60,673 bases of DNA, from contig JBDHKN010000015.1 in the NCBI GenBank assembly GCA_039586365.1, forward strand, positions 1 through 60,673. The letters are read 5' to 3'. This stretch comes from Gemmatimonadota bacterium. Lineage in GTDB: Bacteria; Gemmatimonadota; Gemmatimonadetes; Gemmatimonadales; GWC2-71-9. A program made the translations under genes and the position numbers. The notes under the pieces are model-generated. The model saw only the letters and a list, made by a program, of their open reading frames with translations, searched no databases and was not told the DNA's origin. Numbering within the stretch: position 1 is the stretch's first letter; each line of letters starts with the position of its first letter. This document shows, piece after piece, positions 30,366 to 38,781 of the stretch.

Positions 30366-30586
30366 CGGCCGGTAGTGAATCGCTGACTGCCGGACAGCGC
30401 TCGCCGCTTGTCTCTAGCCTGCGCCGGCCTCCGCGCCACGCGGTTGGAGGTTATCATATCAGGGTTTCCAGAGTGCCGGCGACCATCGGTCGAGCCCCAG
30501 CGAACCGGCCGACGATCTGTCGCACGAAGCTGTGCCACACAGGTTATTAGCAGTCTGACTCACGCTCACCCGTCGGGAGGCGCATT

Positions 30587-31984
30587 ATGAGTGACGATTA
30601 CCACTGTGAACGCGAGCACGGCGGTATCTCACGGAGGAACTTCGTCAAGGTTGGCGGTGCAACTCTAGCGGGAGGAGCGTTGCTGGGGGGTAACACGACA
30701 CCGGCTGCTGCCAGTAGCGGTACCGGCCTGTTTTCCTATCGACCGCGCCAAGACGCACGCATCCAACGTCATCGTACGCTGGGCCGGACCGGCTGGAACG
30801 TGTCAGATATCGGTATGGGGAGCGTCCCGCTGAGGGAAACCGCAGTAGTCCGCTACGCGTATGACAAGGGAGTCAACTATTTCGACACGGCGGAGGGTTA
30901 CGGCAACGGGGCCGCCGAGCGAGCTATTGGCGATGCGATGCAGCACATGGAGCGGGACAAGATCTTCATCGCCACCAAAGGGCGCGTCAACGCCGATGAC
31001 AGCGCGGCGACAATAGTCGAGCGCGTTCGCAACAGTCTCGAGCGGCTACAAACCGACTACGTCGACGCCTATTCCATACACGCCGTAGGTTCGGTCGAGG
31101 CGTTGAGCCATTCTGGTTACCACGCGGCGATTGAGCAGTTGAAGGCGGAGGGCCGGGTTCGGTTCACCGGAGTCTCATACCACGGACCTGGGAACCCCCA
31201 GGGGCCTAGCATGGGCGACGTGTTGACTGCCGCTGCCGAAGACGGTCGCTTCGACATCATCCTCTTGGTCTACAACTTCTTGAATCATGAAGAGTCGGAC
31301 CGAATCATCGCAGCCTGCAAAGCCAACGATGTGGGTACGACGGCGATGAAGACCGCGCCCGGAGTGATACGTTACCAACCGTTGGACCCCGACAACCTCA
31401 CCGAACAGCAGGAACGCTATGTCGAGCGCTTCACCAGCCGGGGGCAGAGTCGCGAAGCGGCGCTCCAGCGGCTCGAGGCCCAGACGCAGCGGCAAAAGGA
31501 CTTATACGACCGCACCCGGCCGTTCGTCGACCGGTACGGACTGCAGACCGAGGAACAGCTCAGGCTCGGCAGCATCCACTGGGTGATTCAGAACCCTGAC
31601 ATGCACACCGCGTGCATCGCGTTCACCAATTTCGATCTGGTGGACAAGGTAATCCCGCTCTCCGGTACCGAGCTCGGCTCGGCTGAGTTGCGAATGCTCC
31701 AGGAGTGCAAGCTGGCGCTCAGCGACCAGTATTGCCGCCACGGATGTACGGAATGCCGCGGCAGTTGCCCTCACGACGTGCCGGTGAGCACCATCATGCG
31801 TTACGCATACTACTATGAAGGGCAAGGGCGCGAGAAGGCAGCCATGTCACTGTACTCGGACTTGCGAGGCAGAGACGCATCTGCTTGTCACCACTGCGCC
31901 GGGGATTGCAGCGGTGCCTGTCCCTACGGCGTCGACATACTGCCCAAAATGCTCCAAGTGCACGATCTGTTGACACTGGCTTGA
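30587..31984 (+). CDS. Tat-signal aldo/keto reductase with C-terminal 2x[4Fe-4S] domain (paralog)
   Basis: SRRNFVK; RTLGRTG, FDTAEGY, ATKG, LQTDYVD..IH; CRHGCTECRGSCP and CHHCAGDCSGACP; GGAGG RBS. Confidence 0.9.
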   Translation: MSDDYHCEREHGGISRRNFVKVGGATLAGGALLGGNTTPAAASSGTGLFSYRPRQDARIQRHRTLGRTGWNVSDIGMGSVPLRETAVVRYAYDKGVNYFDTAEGYGNGAAERAIGDAMQHMERDKIFIATKGRVNADDSAATIVERVRNSLERLQTDYVDAYSIHAVGSVEALSHSGYHAAIEQLKAEGRVRFTGVSYHGPGNPQGPSMGDVLTAAAEDGRFDIILLVYNFLNHEESDRIIAACKANDVGTTAMKTAPGVIRYQPLDPDNLTEQQERYVERFTSRGQSREAALQRLEAQTQRQKDLYDRTRPFVDRYGLQTEEQLRLGSIHWVIQNPDMHTACIAFTNFDLVDKVIPLSGTELGSAELRMLQECKLALSDQYCRHGCTECRGSCPHDVPVSTIMRYAYYYEGQGREKAAMSLYSDLRGRDASACHHCAGDCSGACPYGVDILPKMLQVHDLLTLA

Positions 31985-32021
31985 ACAACGTCTGAGCACT
32001 GACGAAGTGGGAGTGCATAAC

Positions 32022-32849
32022 ATGAAACGGATTCTGTCGCTTGCTGTCTCGATCGTAGCGGTCTCCTTTTTCGCATGCTCCGGGCAGGAATCTGACTTCC
32101 CAGAAGTGGCCGGTTGGACACGGGCTGGTGAAGTACTGACCTATGAAGCCGACAACCTGTGGGAGTACATCAACGGCGCCGCCGAATTGTTCGTCGAGTA
32201 CGACGTGCAGACCTGCCGGACTGCTGACCTAACCTCGAACGATGTGACGGTGACGCTTGACCTCTATGACATGGGGACGCCGCTCAATGCTTTCGGGGTG
32301 TTCAACCGAGAGAGTCCGGGTAAGGGAATGCCGCTACCGCAGGCGACAGCGGCCGTGGTGTCGCCACCGTACCAGGCGTTGCTGTTGACGGGTGCCACTT
32401 ATGTGAAGGTCAACGCAGTCGAGGGGGACCTGACCGAGACCACAGGACGCGAGTTGCTCGAGGCAGTTGCCGCGACGTTATCCGGCCAGGCTGGGTACCC
32501 CAGCGAACTTGGGCTGCTTCCGGCCAACGGCAAGGTCGCCGGCAGCGAGGGGTATCAACGCCGGGGCTTTCTCGGGCTCACGGAGCTGACCGACTGCGTC
32601 CACGCCGAGTACTCCGGTGATGGCGACGAGACCTGGCAGGGATTCGTGGTGCTTCCGTCCGCATCCGTCTGGGACGAATTGCCGGAGAGCTGGGATTCCC
32701 TGGAACACAATGGACTCACGGTTAGGTACCGCGAGATTCCCTATCGGGGTCTGGTGGGTGTGGTGAAGACGGCCACGGGTGTCAAGGGGGTTTCGGGTGC
32801 GGCTGACCAGGCAGAGCTGCTGAGTCGGTTGGACGGTTTCATCTCGTAG
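32022..32849 (+). CDS. DUF6599-like lipoprotein
   Basis: Lipobox FFAC; LWEYINGAAELF, LDLYDMG...AFGVF; paralog of 24143-25060. Confidence 0.75.
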   Translation: MKRILSLAVSIVAVSFFACSGQESDFPEVAGWTRAGEVLTYEADNLWEYINGAAELFVEYDVQTCRTADLTSNDVTVTLDLYDMGTPLNAFGVFNRESPGKGMPLPQATAAVVSPPYQALLLTGATYVKVNAVEGDLTETTGRELLEAVAATLSGQAGYPSELGLLPANGKVAGSEGYQRRGFLGLTELTDCVHAEYSGDGDETWQGFVVLPSASVWDELPESWDSLEHNGLTVRYREIPYRGLVGVVKTATGVKGVSGAADQAELLSRLDGFIS

Positions 32850-32944
32850 TGACGCGAATCTCTCAGTGAGGTAGCTGAACTACCATTCGGCCGCGACCGA
32901 GTTCGTGCTCTAGCGGCTGTCGGATCAGGGTGTCCGCCTACCTG

Positions 32945-32960
32945 TGGCACGGTTACTGCT
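32945..32960 (+). promoter_or_regulatory. Putative sigma54 (-24/-12) promoter
   Basis: TGGCACGGTTACTGCT versus consensus TGGCACG-N4-TTGCW; ends 51 nt upstream of ATG 33012. Confidence 0.6.
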
Positions 32961-33011
32961 ATAGCTACCTCTCCCGTCAACCGCTTCTGGGAGGCATTTT
33001 ACGGTCTGGCC

Positions 33012-34466
33012 ATGACTGAGCAGAACTCGCCCGCAGCAGCTCCCGCCATCCAGGTGCAGATCTTGGGGAAGTCCGAGATCCAGCGCTTTACCGGGTCGTT
33101 CAACATCGGCCGGGCCCCGGACAATGACGTGGTTGTCTATCACGAAAAGGTCTCCCAGAAACATGCCGCGGTCGTGTTTACTGACGGCCAGTGGTACCTA
33201 CAGGACCGTGGCAGCAGCAACGGGACCTTCGTCTACGGCAAACGGATTGATGGGTCGCGGCTAGCGGGCAGCGTGCGGGTGCGCCTTGGTCATGACGGCC
33301 CGACGCTGGTTCTCACTACTGAGGGCACCGAGCCCGCAGCGCGTCCCACGGTCCTCTCTGAACCGTCGGAGAGCAAGATACTGGACCGGTTCTTCGGTGG
33401 TCGAACGCCGCTGGACATGAGTAGGCACACGGCGCTGTTGCGTAAGGTGCTGCACAAAGAACAGAAGCGACGCGCCAAGCCCTACCTGGTCGCGCTGGCA
33501 GTGCTCGCGGTACTCGCCCTCTGCGCGACTGCGATAACGTACGTTCAGCGCAAGCAGATCCAGCGTGCCCACGCCGCCGCCGCCGATCTGTTTTACGCCA
33601 TGAAGTCCCTGGAACTCGAGGTGGCCCGGCTGCGCGTGAGTGTTGCGGAAGGGCAGTCCTATCGGAATCAACGCGAAGAACTCAGGCGGCAGTATCTGGA
33701 CTATCTCGAAGATTTGGGGATTTATGGTGAGGGCACTCCGGAGGACATCCAGCTCATCTATCGTGTAGTGCATCGGTTCGGCGAATCGGAGGTGAATGTT
33801 CCCCGAGCATTCGTCAATGAGATTCGCCGGTACATCGAACGGTGGCGGCAGTCTGATCGGTTGGATGATTACATCGCCCGGGCCGCCGAGAACGGCTACG
33901 GGCCGATCATCGCAGAAACCATGCTGAGCAACGACATGCCCCCCGAGTTCTTCTACTTGGCGCTGCAGGAGAGTGGCTTCAAATTGGAGGCGGTGGGCCG
34001 AGAAACCCGTTACGGCATCGCCAAGGGAATGTGGCAGTTCATGCCGGAGACTGCTCGTGCGCTTGGGCTGCAAATGGGGCCGCTGGTGGGCGTTGCACAG
34101 TTCGACCCGCTGGATGAGCGGCATCAGCTCGAGAAGTCCACCGAGGCGGCCGCCCAGTACCTGTGGGACATCTACACCACGGACGCACAGGCATCCGGGC
34201 TGCTCGTGATTGCGTCGTACAACTGGGGTCAGGGCAATGTGCTGAGGCTGATCCGGACGATGCCCGAAAACCCACGGGAGCGGAACTTCTGGAAGCTGCT
34301 GACCCAATACCGCGACCGCATCCCGGAGGAGACGTATCATTACGTGTTCAGCATCGTGTCGGCCGCGGTGATCGGAGAGAACCCGTCACTGTTCGGTTTT
34401 GATTTCGACCCGCCGCTGCCACGTGAGCCCGAGACGAGCGAGGCCGGAGAGATTGGAGCGCTCTAA
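33012..34466 (+). CDS. FHA domain - TM - lytic transglycosylase (SLT/MltD-like) fusion
   Basis: FHA: IGRAPDND, VSQKHA, DRGSSNGT; TM LVALAVLAVLALCATAITYV; SLT: ALQESGF, AKGMWQF, ASYNWG, PEETYHYV. Confidence 0.88.
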   Translation: MTEQNSPAAAPAIQVQILGKSEIQRFTGSFNIGRAPDNDVVVYHEKVSQKHAAVVFTDGQWYLQDRGSSNGTFVYGKRIDGSRLAGSVRVRLGHDGPTLVLTTEGTEPAARPTVLSEPSESKILDRFFGGRTPLDMSRHTALLRKVLHKEQKRRAKPYLVALAVLAVLALCATAITYVQRKQIQRAHAAAADLFYAMKSLELEVARLRVSVAEGQSYRNQREELRRQYLDYLEDLGIYGEGTPEDIQLIYRVVHRFGESEVNVPRAFVNEIRRYIERWRQSDRLDDYIARAAENGYGPIIAETMLSNDMPPEFFYLALQESGFKLEAVGRETRYGIAKGMWQFMPETARALGLQMGPLVGVAQFDPLDERHQLEKSTEAAAQYLWDIYTTDAQASGLLVIASYNWGQGNVLRLIRTMPENPRERNFWKLLTQYRDRIPEETYHYVFSIVSAAVIGENPSLFGFDFDPPLPREPETSEAGEIGAL

Positions 34467-34696
34467 GCACCACTCCTGTCCCATTCTCTTGCTCCATCAA
34501 GATGTTTCTCTGTGGAGGTTTCAACATCCATCGCCGGAGCCTGCCACTGCCCATCGCTGGAGGGAGTGGAAGAGTTGGCTTGGCGGATCAATGGTCCAGA
34601 TCTTGCCCCCAACAATCCAGCACCGTCCGGATACCATCGTGAAGGGCCGGTGAACTCCCAGGCGCTTTCACACATATCAGGAGAGTGACTGTCTAT

Positions 34697-34942
34697 ATGA
34701 GCGTGAATGTCCAGGATCAGATGCAGGAATATGTCGAGGAACTTGCCAAGCAGGACAACATCGACCCGTCGGTCAATCTGTTTGAGACAGGTCTGCTCAC
34801 ATCGGTGCACGTGCTCGACCTCATCGCATATATCGAGGAGAGATTCGGCATCGTGGTCTCCCCAGATGACCTCAGCATCGAGAACTTCGGCTCGATCGAC
34901 GCGATGGTCACGTTTGTCGACAAGGCGATGCAACCGGTTTGA
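34697..34942 (+). CDS. Acyl/peptidyl carrier protein
   Basis: Acidic 81 aa; LFETGLLTSV (Ppant Ser), IEERFGI, DDLSIENFGSI; AGGAG upstream. Confidence 0.85.
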   Translation: MSVNVQDQMQEYVEELAKQDNIDPSVNLFETGLLTSVHVLDLIAYIEERFGIVVSPDDLSIENFGSIDAMVTFVDKAMQPV

Positions 34943-36471
34943 GCCCCATGCTTCCAGTCCATGAGTTGTTGTGCAGAACTGCAACCGACTCTCCTGATAG
35001 AGAGGCGGTGGTCTGTGGCGACAACCGCGTGTCGTTCGGTACGGTGGATGAGGCAGCGACCGCGCTGGCAGCTTTCCTGGCGTCCCGCGGAATCGGGCAG
35101 GGCGATCGGGTGGGTATCTTTGCCACCAAGAGTGTAGCGGAGGTCATCGCGATATATGGCATCCTGCGGGCAGGAGCCGCGTTCGTTCACATCAACCCGC
35201 AGTATCGCGACGTTCATCTGCGCCACGTTATTGCAGATTGCGGCATCAAGACACTCTTCCTCGATGGTTCGAGGGCGAGGATATTCGCCGGCGCGTGCGG
35301 CGAGGCGGGCTTCTCCGGACTAGTAGTATCCCTGTCCGACGAGATGGCGCTAAATAGGAAGACTTTCTGCGACGTCACGCATCTGAGAGATATAGTGGGA
35401 TCCCCCCGCCAGCAGTTTCGGCCAGTGGATGTTGGCCCAGACGACCTGGCTGCAATTATCTACACATCGGGATCGACCGGGATGCCGAAGGGCATCATGG
35501 TGACCCATCGGATTTTCCATGACGCTACGGTCGCGTCAGCGGAAGTGCTCCACAATGTTTCCGCCGACCGGATAATTTCGGTAACTCCATTTTCGTTCGA
35601 TGGTGCTCTGAGTCAGCTCTTCACCGCCACATTGGTAGGTGCTACGCTGGTGCAGCAGCGGTCCAGCTTCCCCAAGGATATCGTCGACACACTCCTGAAG
35701 GAACGGATTTCGGGCTTCCACGCAGTCCCATCGCTGTGGGGAGTCCTACTCCAAGAGCGCTCGCCGTTTCCCCAGTACCGTTATCCTCACTTGCGGTACG
35801 TTTCGATCATCGGCGAAGTGCTGCCCGCAAAACACCTCGCGAGGCTGCGGCGACTCCTCGCGACCACGCAGTTTTACCTGATGTACGGTACCACCGAGGC
35901 GTTCCGGTCGACCTACTTGCCGCCGGCCGACCTGGACCGCAAGCCAGGCTCAGCGGGAATCCCGTTCCCCGGTGTCAACCTCAAAGTCGTAGATGATGCT
36001 GGCAACCAGTGTCCGCCAGGAGAAACCGGGATGATCGTCCACAGCGGCGCGTTCGTGTCACCCGGTTATTGGAGTGACCCTGAGCGAACCGCCTCAACGT
36101 TCGTGAACGGCTGGTTGCACACCGGAGACCAGGGTCGCATGGATGAGGAAGGTTACCTGTACTACGCTGGGCGGCGCGACGGGCTCATCAAGGCTCAGGG
36201 GTTCCGAGTGAGCCCGGAGGAAGTCGAGACGTGTATCCACCAACTTGACGCTGTGGCGGAAGCAGCGGTGATCGGCGTTCCGGCCGAGGAGATCGGTACG
36301 GCCGTCAAGGCAATTGTAGTGCTGCAAGGGGGTGCCAATGCCACGGCCAAGGACGTGATCAACCACTGTCGGCGGGAGCTGCCGCACTACATGGTTCCGA
36401 GCATCGTTGAATTCCGACCGGCACTGCCCAAGACGAACGGCCACAAGATAAACCGGGCCGCGTTGGTTTGA
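34939..36471 (+). CDS. Stand-alone adenylation enzyme (AMP-forming amino acid/acyl ligase)
   Basis: YTSGSTGMPKG, FSFDG, MYGTTE, WLHTGD, GRRD, LPKTNGHK. Start may be ATG 34948. Confidence 0.92.
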   Translation: MSPMLPVHELLCRTATDSPDREAVVCGDNRVSFGTVDEAATALAAFLASRGIGQGDRVGIFATKSVAEVIAIYGILRAGAAFVHINPQYRDVHLRHVIADCGIKTLFLDGSRARIFAGACGEAGFSGLVVSLSDEMALNRKTFCDVTHLRDIVGSPRQQFRPVDVGPDDLAAIIYTSGSTGMPKGIMVTHRIFHDATVASAEVLHNVSADRIISVTPFSFDGALSQLFTATLVGATLVQQRSSFPKDIVDTLLKERISGFHAVPSLWGVLLQERSPFPQYRYPHLRYVSIIGEVLPAKHLARLRRLLATTQFYLMYGTTEAFRSTYLPPADLDRKPGSAGIPFPGVNLKVVDDAGNQCPPGETGMIVHSGAFVSPGYWSDPERTASTFVNGWLHTGDQGRMDEEGYLYYAGRRDGLIKAQGFRVSPEEVETCIHQLDAVAEAAVIGVPAEEIGTAVKAIVVLQGGANATAKDVINHCRRELPHYMVPSIVEFRPALPKTNGHKINRAALV

Positions 36472-36495
36472 GCATGTGCGAGAGGTTCCTGCAAC

Positions 36496-37653
36496 ATGAG
36501 CAGCATACTCGCGCTGAGTGACGGGCAGCGGGAAGCCGTTGCCCGGGCGGTTGAGGCTATCAAACGAGAGATCGAGCCTAACGCTGCGCTGATAGACGGT
36601 ACCGAGGAATTCCCGGAGAGCACCATCCGAGGTCTCGGCAAGCACGGTCTGCTGGGTATTCCCTTGTCCACGGAGTACGGAGGAGCCGGCCTCGACCTCG
36701 TGACGTACTGCTGCGTACTTGAAGAGATGGCGCATGCCTGTGTTTCCACCGCCGCCACCGTTGATGCCCACACGACCATGGTCGGGCTCTCGCTTGTTCG
36801 GTTCGGGTCGGAGCCACAGCGGAAGAAATACCTGCCCAAACTCGTGTCCGGAGATGCGCTAGGAGCATTTGCACTCACCGAGCCCAAAGTCGGCTCCGAC
36901 GTGGCCGGGATCGAAACCACAGCTGTGAGAGACGGAGACCGCTACGTCTTGAACGGTGCCAAGACGCTGATCGCGAACGCGAACCATGCCGACGTATTCG
37001 TGGTTGCAGCCAAGACCGCGCCCGAGCGCGGCATCATGGGGATCAGCGTCTTCATCGTCGATAAGGGGACACCTGGATTCCGGCCGTCGGGAAAGCGAGC
37101 CAAGACTCTCGGTGTGAGGGGAACGGATCTGGGCGGGCTGATCTTCCAGGATGCTGCGGTTCCCGCTGAGAACCTGATCGGCAGGGAGAACCTGGGCTTG
37201 AAAGTTGTGCATGAGGCGCTGGTCACCGACAGGATTACGACTGCGTCCATCGCCGTAGGACTCGCCCACGCTGCGCAGGGACACGCGGTGGCGTATGCCA
37301 AGCAGAGAGAGCAATCAGGCAAGGCGATTGCGCAGTTCCAGAGCGTGAAGAACATGCTGGCGGACATGGAGGTGGGTATTGCAGCTGCACGGCTCCTGGT
37401 TCGTGAGGCCGCCACCCTGAGAGAGAGCGGTGCGGACGTGACGAGGGCCGCTTCAGTGGCCAAGCTGTTCGCTTCCGAGACGGCCACGCGCGTGACGAAG
37501 GACGCCGTACAGGTTTTCGGGGGTGTTGGCTACACGCAGGACTACCCAGTGGAGCGTTTGTTCAGAGACGCAAAGTACACTGAGATCGTCGACGGGACGT
37601 CCGAGATACAGCGCATTATTATCGCCGACGAAGTGATCAGGCGTCACTCCTGA
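36496..37653 (+). CDS. Acyl-CoA/acyl-ACP dehydrogenase family protein
   Basis: FALTEPKVGSD, LNGAK, YAKQREQ, AVQVFGGVGY, RDAKYTEIVDGTSEIQR. Confidence 0.92.
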   Translation: MSSILALSDGQREAVARAVEAIKREIEPNAALIDGTEEFPESTIRGLGKHGLLGIPLSTEYGGAGLDLVTYCCVLEEMAHACVSTAATVDAHTTMVGLSLVRFGSEPQRKKYLPKLVSGDALGAFALTEPKVGSDVAGIETTAVRDGDRYVLNGAKTLIANANHADVFVVAAKTAPERGIMGISVFIVDKGTPGFRPSGKRAKTLGVRGTDLGGLIFQDAAVPAENLIGRENLGLKVVHEALVTDRITTASIAVGLAHAAQGHAVAYAKQREQSGKAIAQFQSVKNMLADMEVGIAAARLLVREAATLRESGADVTRAASVAKLFASETATRVTKDAVQVFGGVGYTQDYPVERLFRDAKYTEIVDGTSEIQRIIIADEVIRRHS

Positions 37654-38461
37654 GTTTGACATGCAGCAGATGCACTTCGTAGGGAATACCGTCTTCGGTG
37701 GCGAGACTCGCTATAGCTTCACGGCTCTCGCGGTCACACTGTTCGCGTTTGTCCTGAGGCATCGCTGCGAAGTGTGCGCCTAGTCGCGGAACCCACCAAC
37801 TCCAATGGCCCTCGAGGTCGTCATAGTAGGTCTTGTACTCTTCTGACACAGTGAGCTGCTCACCTGGGAATGTATTGCCGAACAGCTCTTCGGCGCCGTC
37901 CCGCGATAGGTGCTTACGCATCTTGGCGGACTCGACCAGCCATCCCAGCCCCATGTAGCGCAGAAAGATCGGCGTGGTCTTCTTGACAAACTCGAGACCC
38001 GCATCCCGTCCGACGAAGAACAGGTCCATCTCACCGTTCGGTTTGAGCACGCGCGCCAGTTCCTTGACAGAACCCTCCAGGTCGGTGACCCAGTGAAAGG
38101 CCAGGATGCTGAACAGGTAGTCCACTGAATCGGACTCGAGTGGCAGTTGCTCGAACCGCCCATCCATCACGGTGACGTTGTCAATGCCCGCGAGGTTCAC
38201 GGCTGCGTGCCCGCGCATTTCCTCCGCGGGCTCCACTCCGACAAAGCGCACTACCGAGCTAGGACGTGATGACAGCTCGCGGAGGGCGTGCCCAGCGCCA
38301 CACCCAATGTCCGCCACGACCTCGTAGCGGTCTTTGAGGCTGAGCTGTTGCAGTGCCCGCTTGGCCACCTGCCCCCAGCAGGACTCGAGATTGCCCTCCT
38401 GATCGTAGTCGCCGGCGCGTTCGGAGTACGTCTTTATTACCACGTCACGTGGATCAGCCAT
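37637..38461 (-). CDS. Class I SAM-dependent methyltransferase
   Basis: VADIGCGAG, GVEPA, AFHWV, RVLKPNG; convergent 17-nt overlap with the dehydrogenase. Confidence 0.9.
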   Translation of the reverse strand: MADPRDVVIKTYSERAGDYDQEGNLESCWGQVAKRALQQLSLKDRYEVVADIGCGAGHALRELSSRPSSVVRFVGVEPAEEMRGHAAVNLAGIDNVTVMDGRFEQLPLESDSVDYLFSILAFHWVTDLEGSVKELARVLKPNGEMDLFFVGRDAGLEFVKKTTPIFLRYMGLGWLVESAKMRKHLSRDGAEELFGNTFPGEQLTVSEEYKTYYDDLEGHWSWWVPRLGAHFAAMPQDKREQCDRESREAIASLATEDGIPYEVHLLHVKLRSDA

Positions 38462-38614
38462 GGTCTCTCTCGGATGTGCCTAATCAAACACAATAACACC
38501 GATCCCCGAGCAGCTACAACGCCCCAGTCGCATTCGTTCCCACCACGCATTGTGACGGGATCGCGGCTGCAACGTCCTGGCGGTTGCGCAGCGGCTAAAG
38601 GGCATCATTTGCCT

Positions 38615-38630
38615 TGGCGTGCAACTTGCT
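38615..38630 (+). promoter_or_regulatory. Putative sigma54 (-24/-12) promoter
   Basis: TGGCGTGCAACTTGCT with correct GG-N10-GC spacing, about 150 nt upstream of the GNAT gene. Confidence 0.45.
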
Positions 38631-38781
38631 TGGCCTGGCGCCACTGAGCTGCCATATGTTTACTACTTGTCGCTCTCGATTGGGTCGCTTGAAGCGAACG
38701 GCCTAGATCCGGTCGCACCGCCTGATCCGCTGGGTCGGGTGCATGTTCTGCCAGCCGCTGAGGTGCCGCGAAGGAGGTTGC

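Noticed and set aside
34530..34580. GCCACTG...GGAAG resembling part of a cobalamin riboswitch
   Set aside because: The other conserved elements (GGGAA, CCCGCAACTGT, B12 box AGCCAGGAGACC) are absent, and downstream genes are unrelated to B12.
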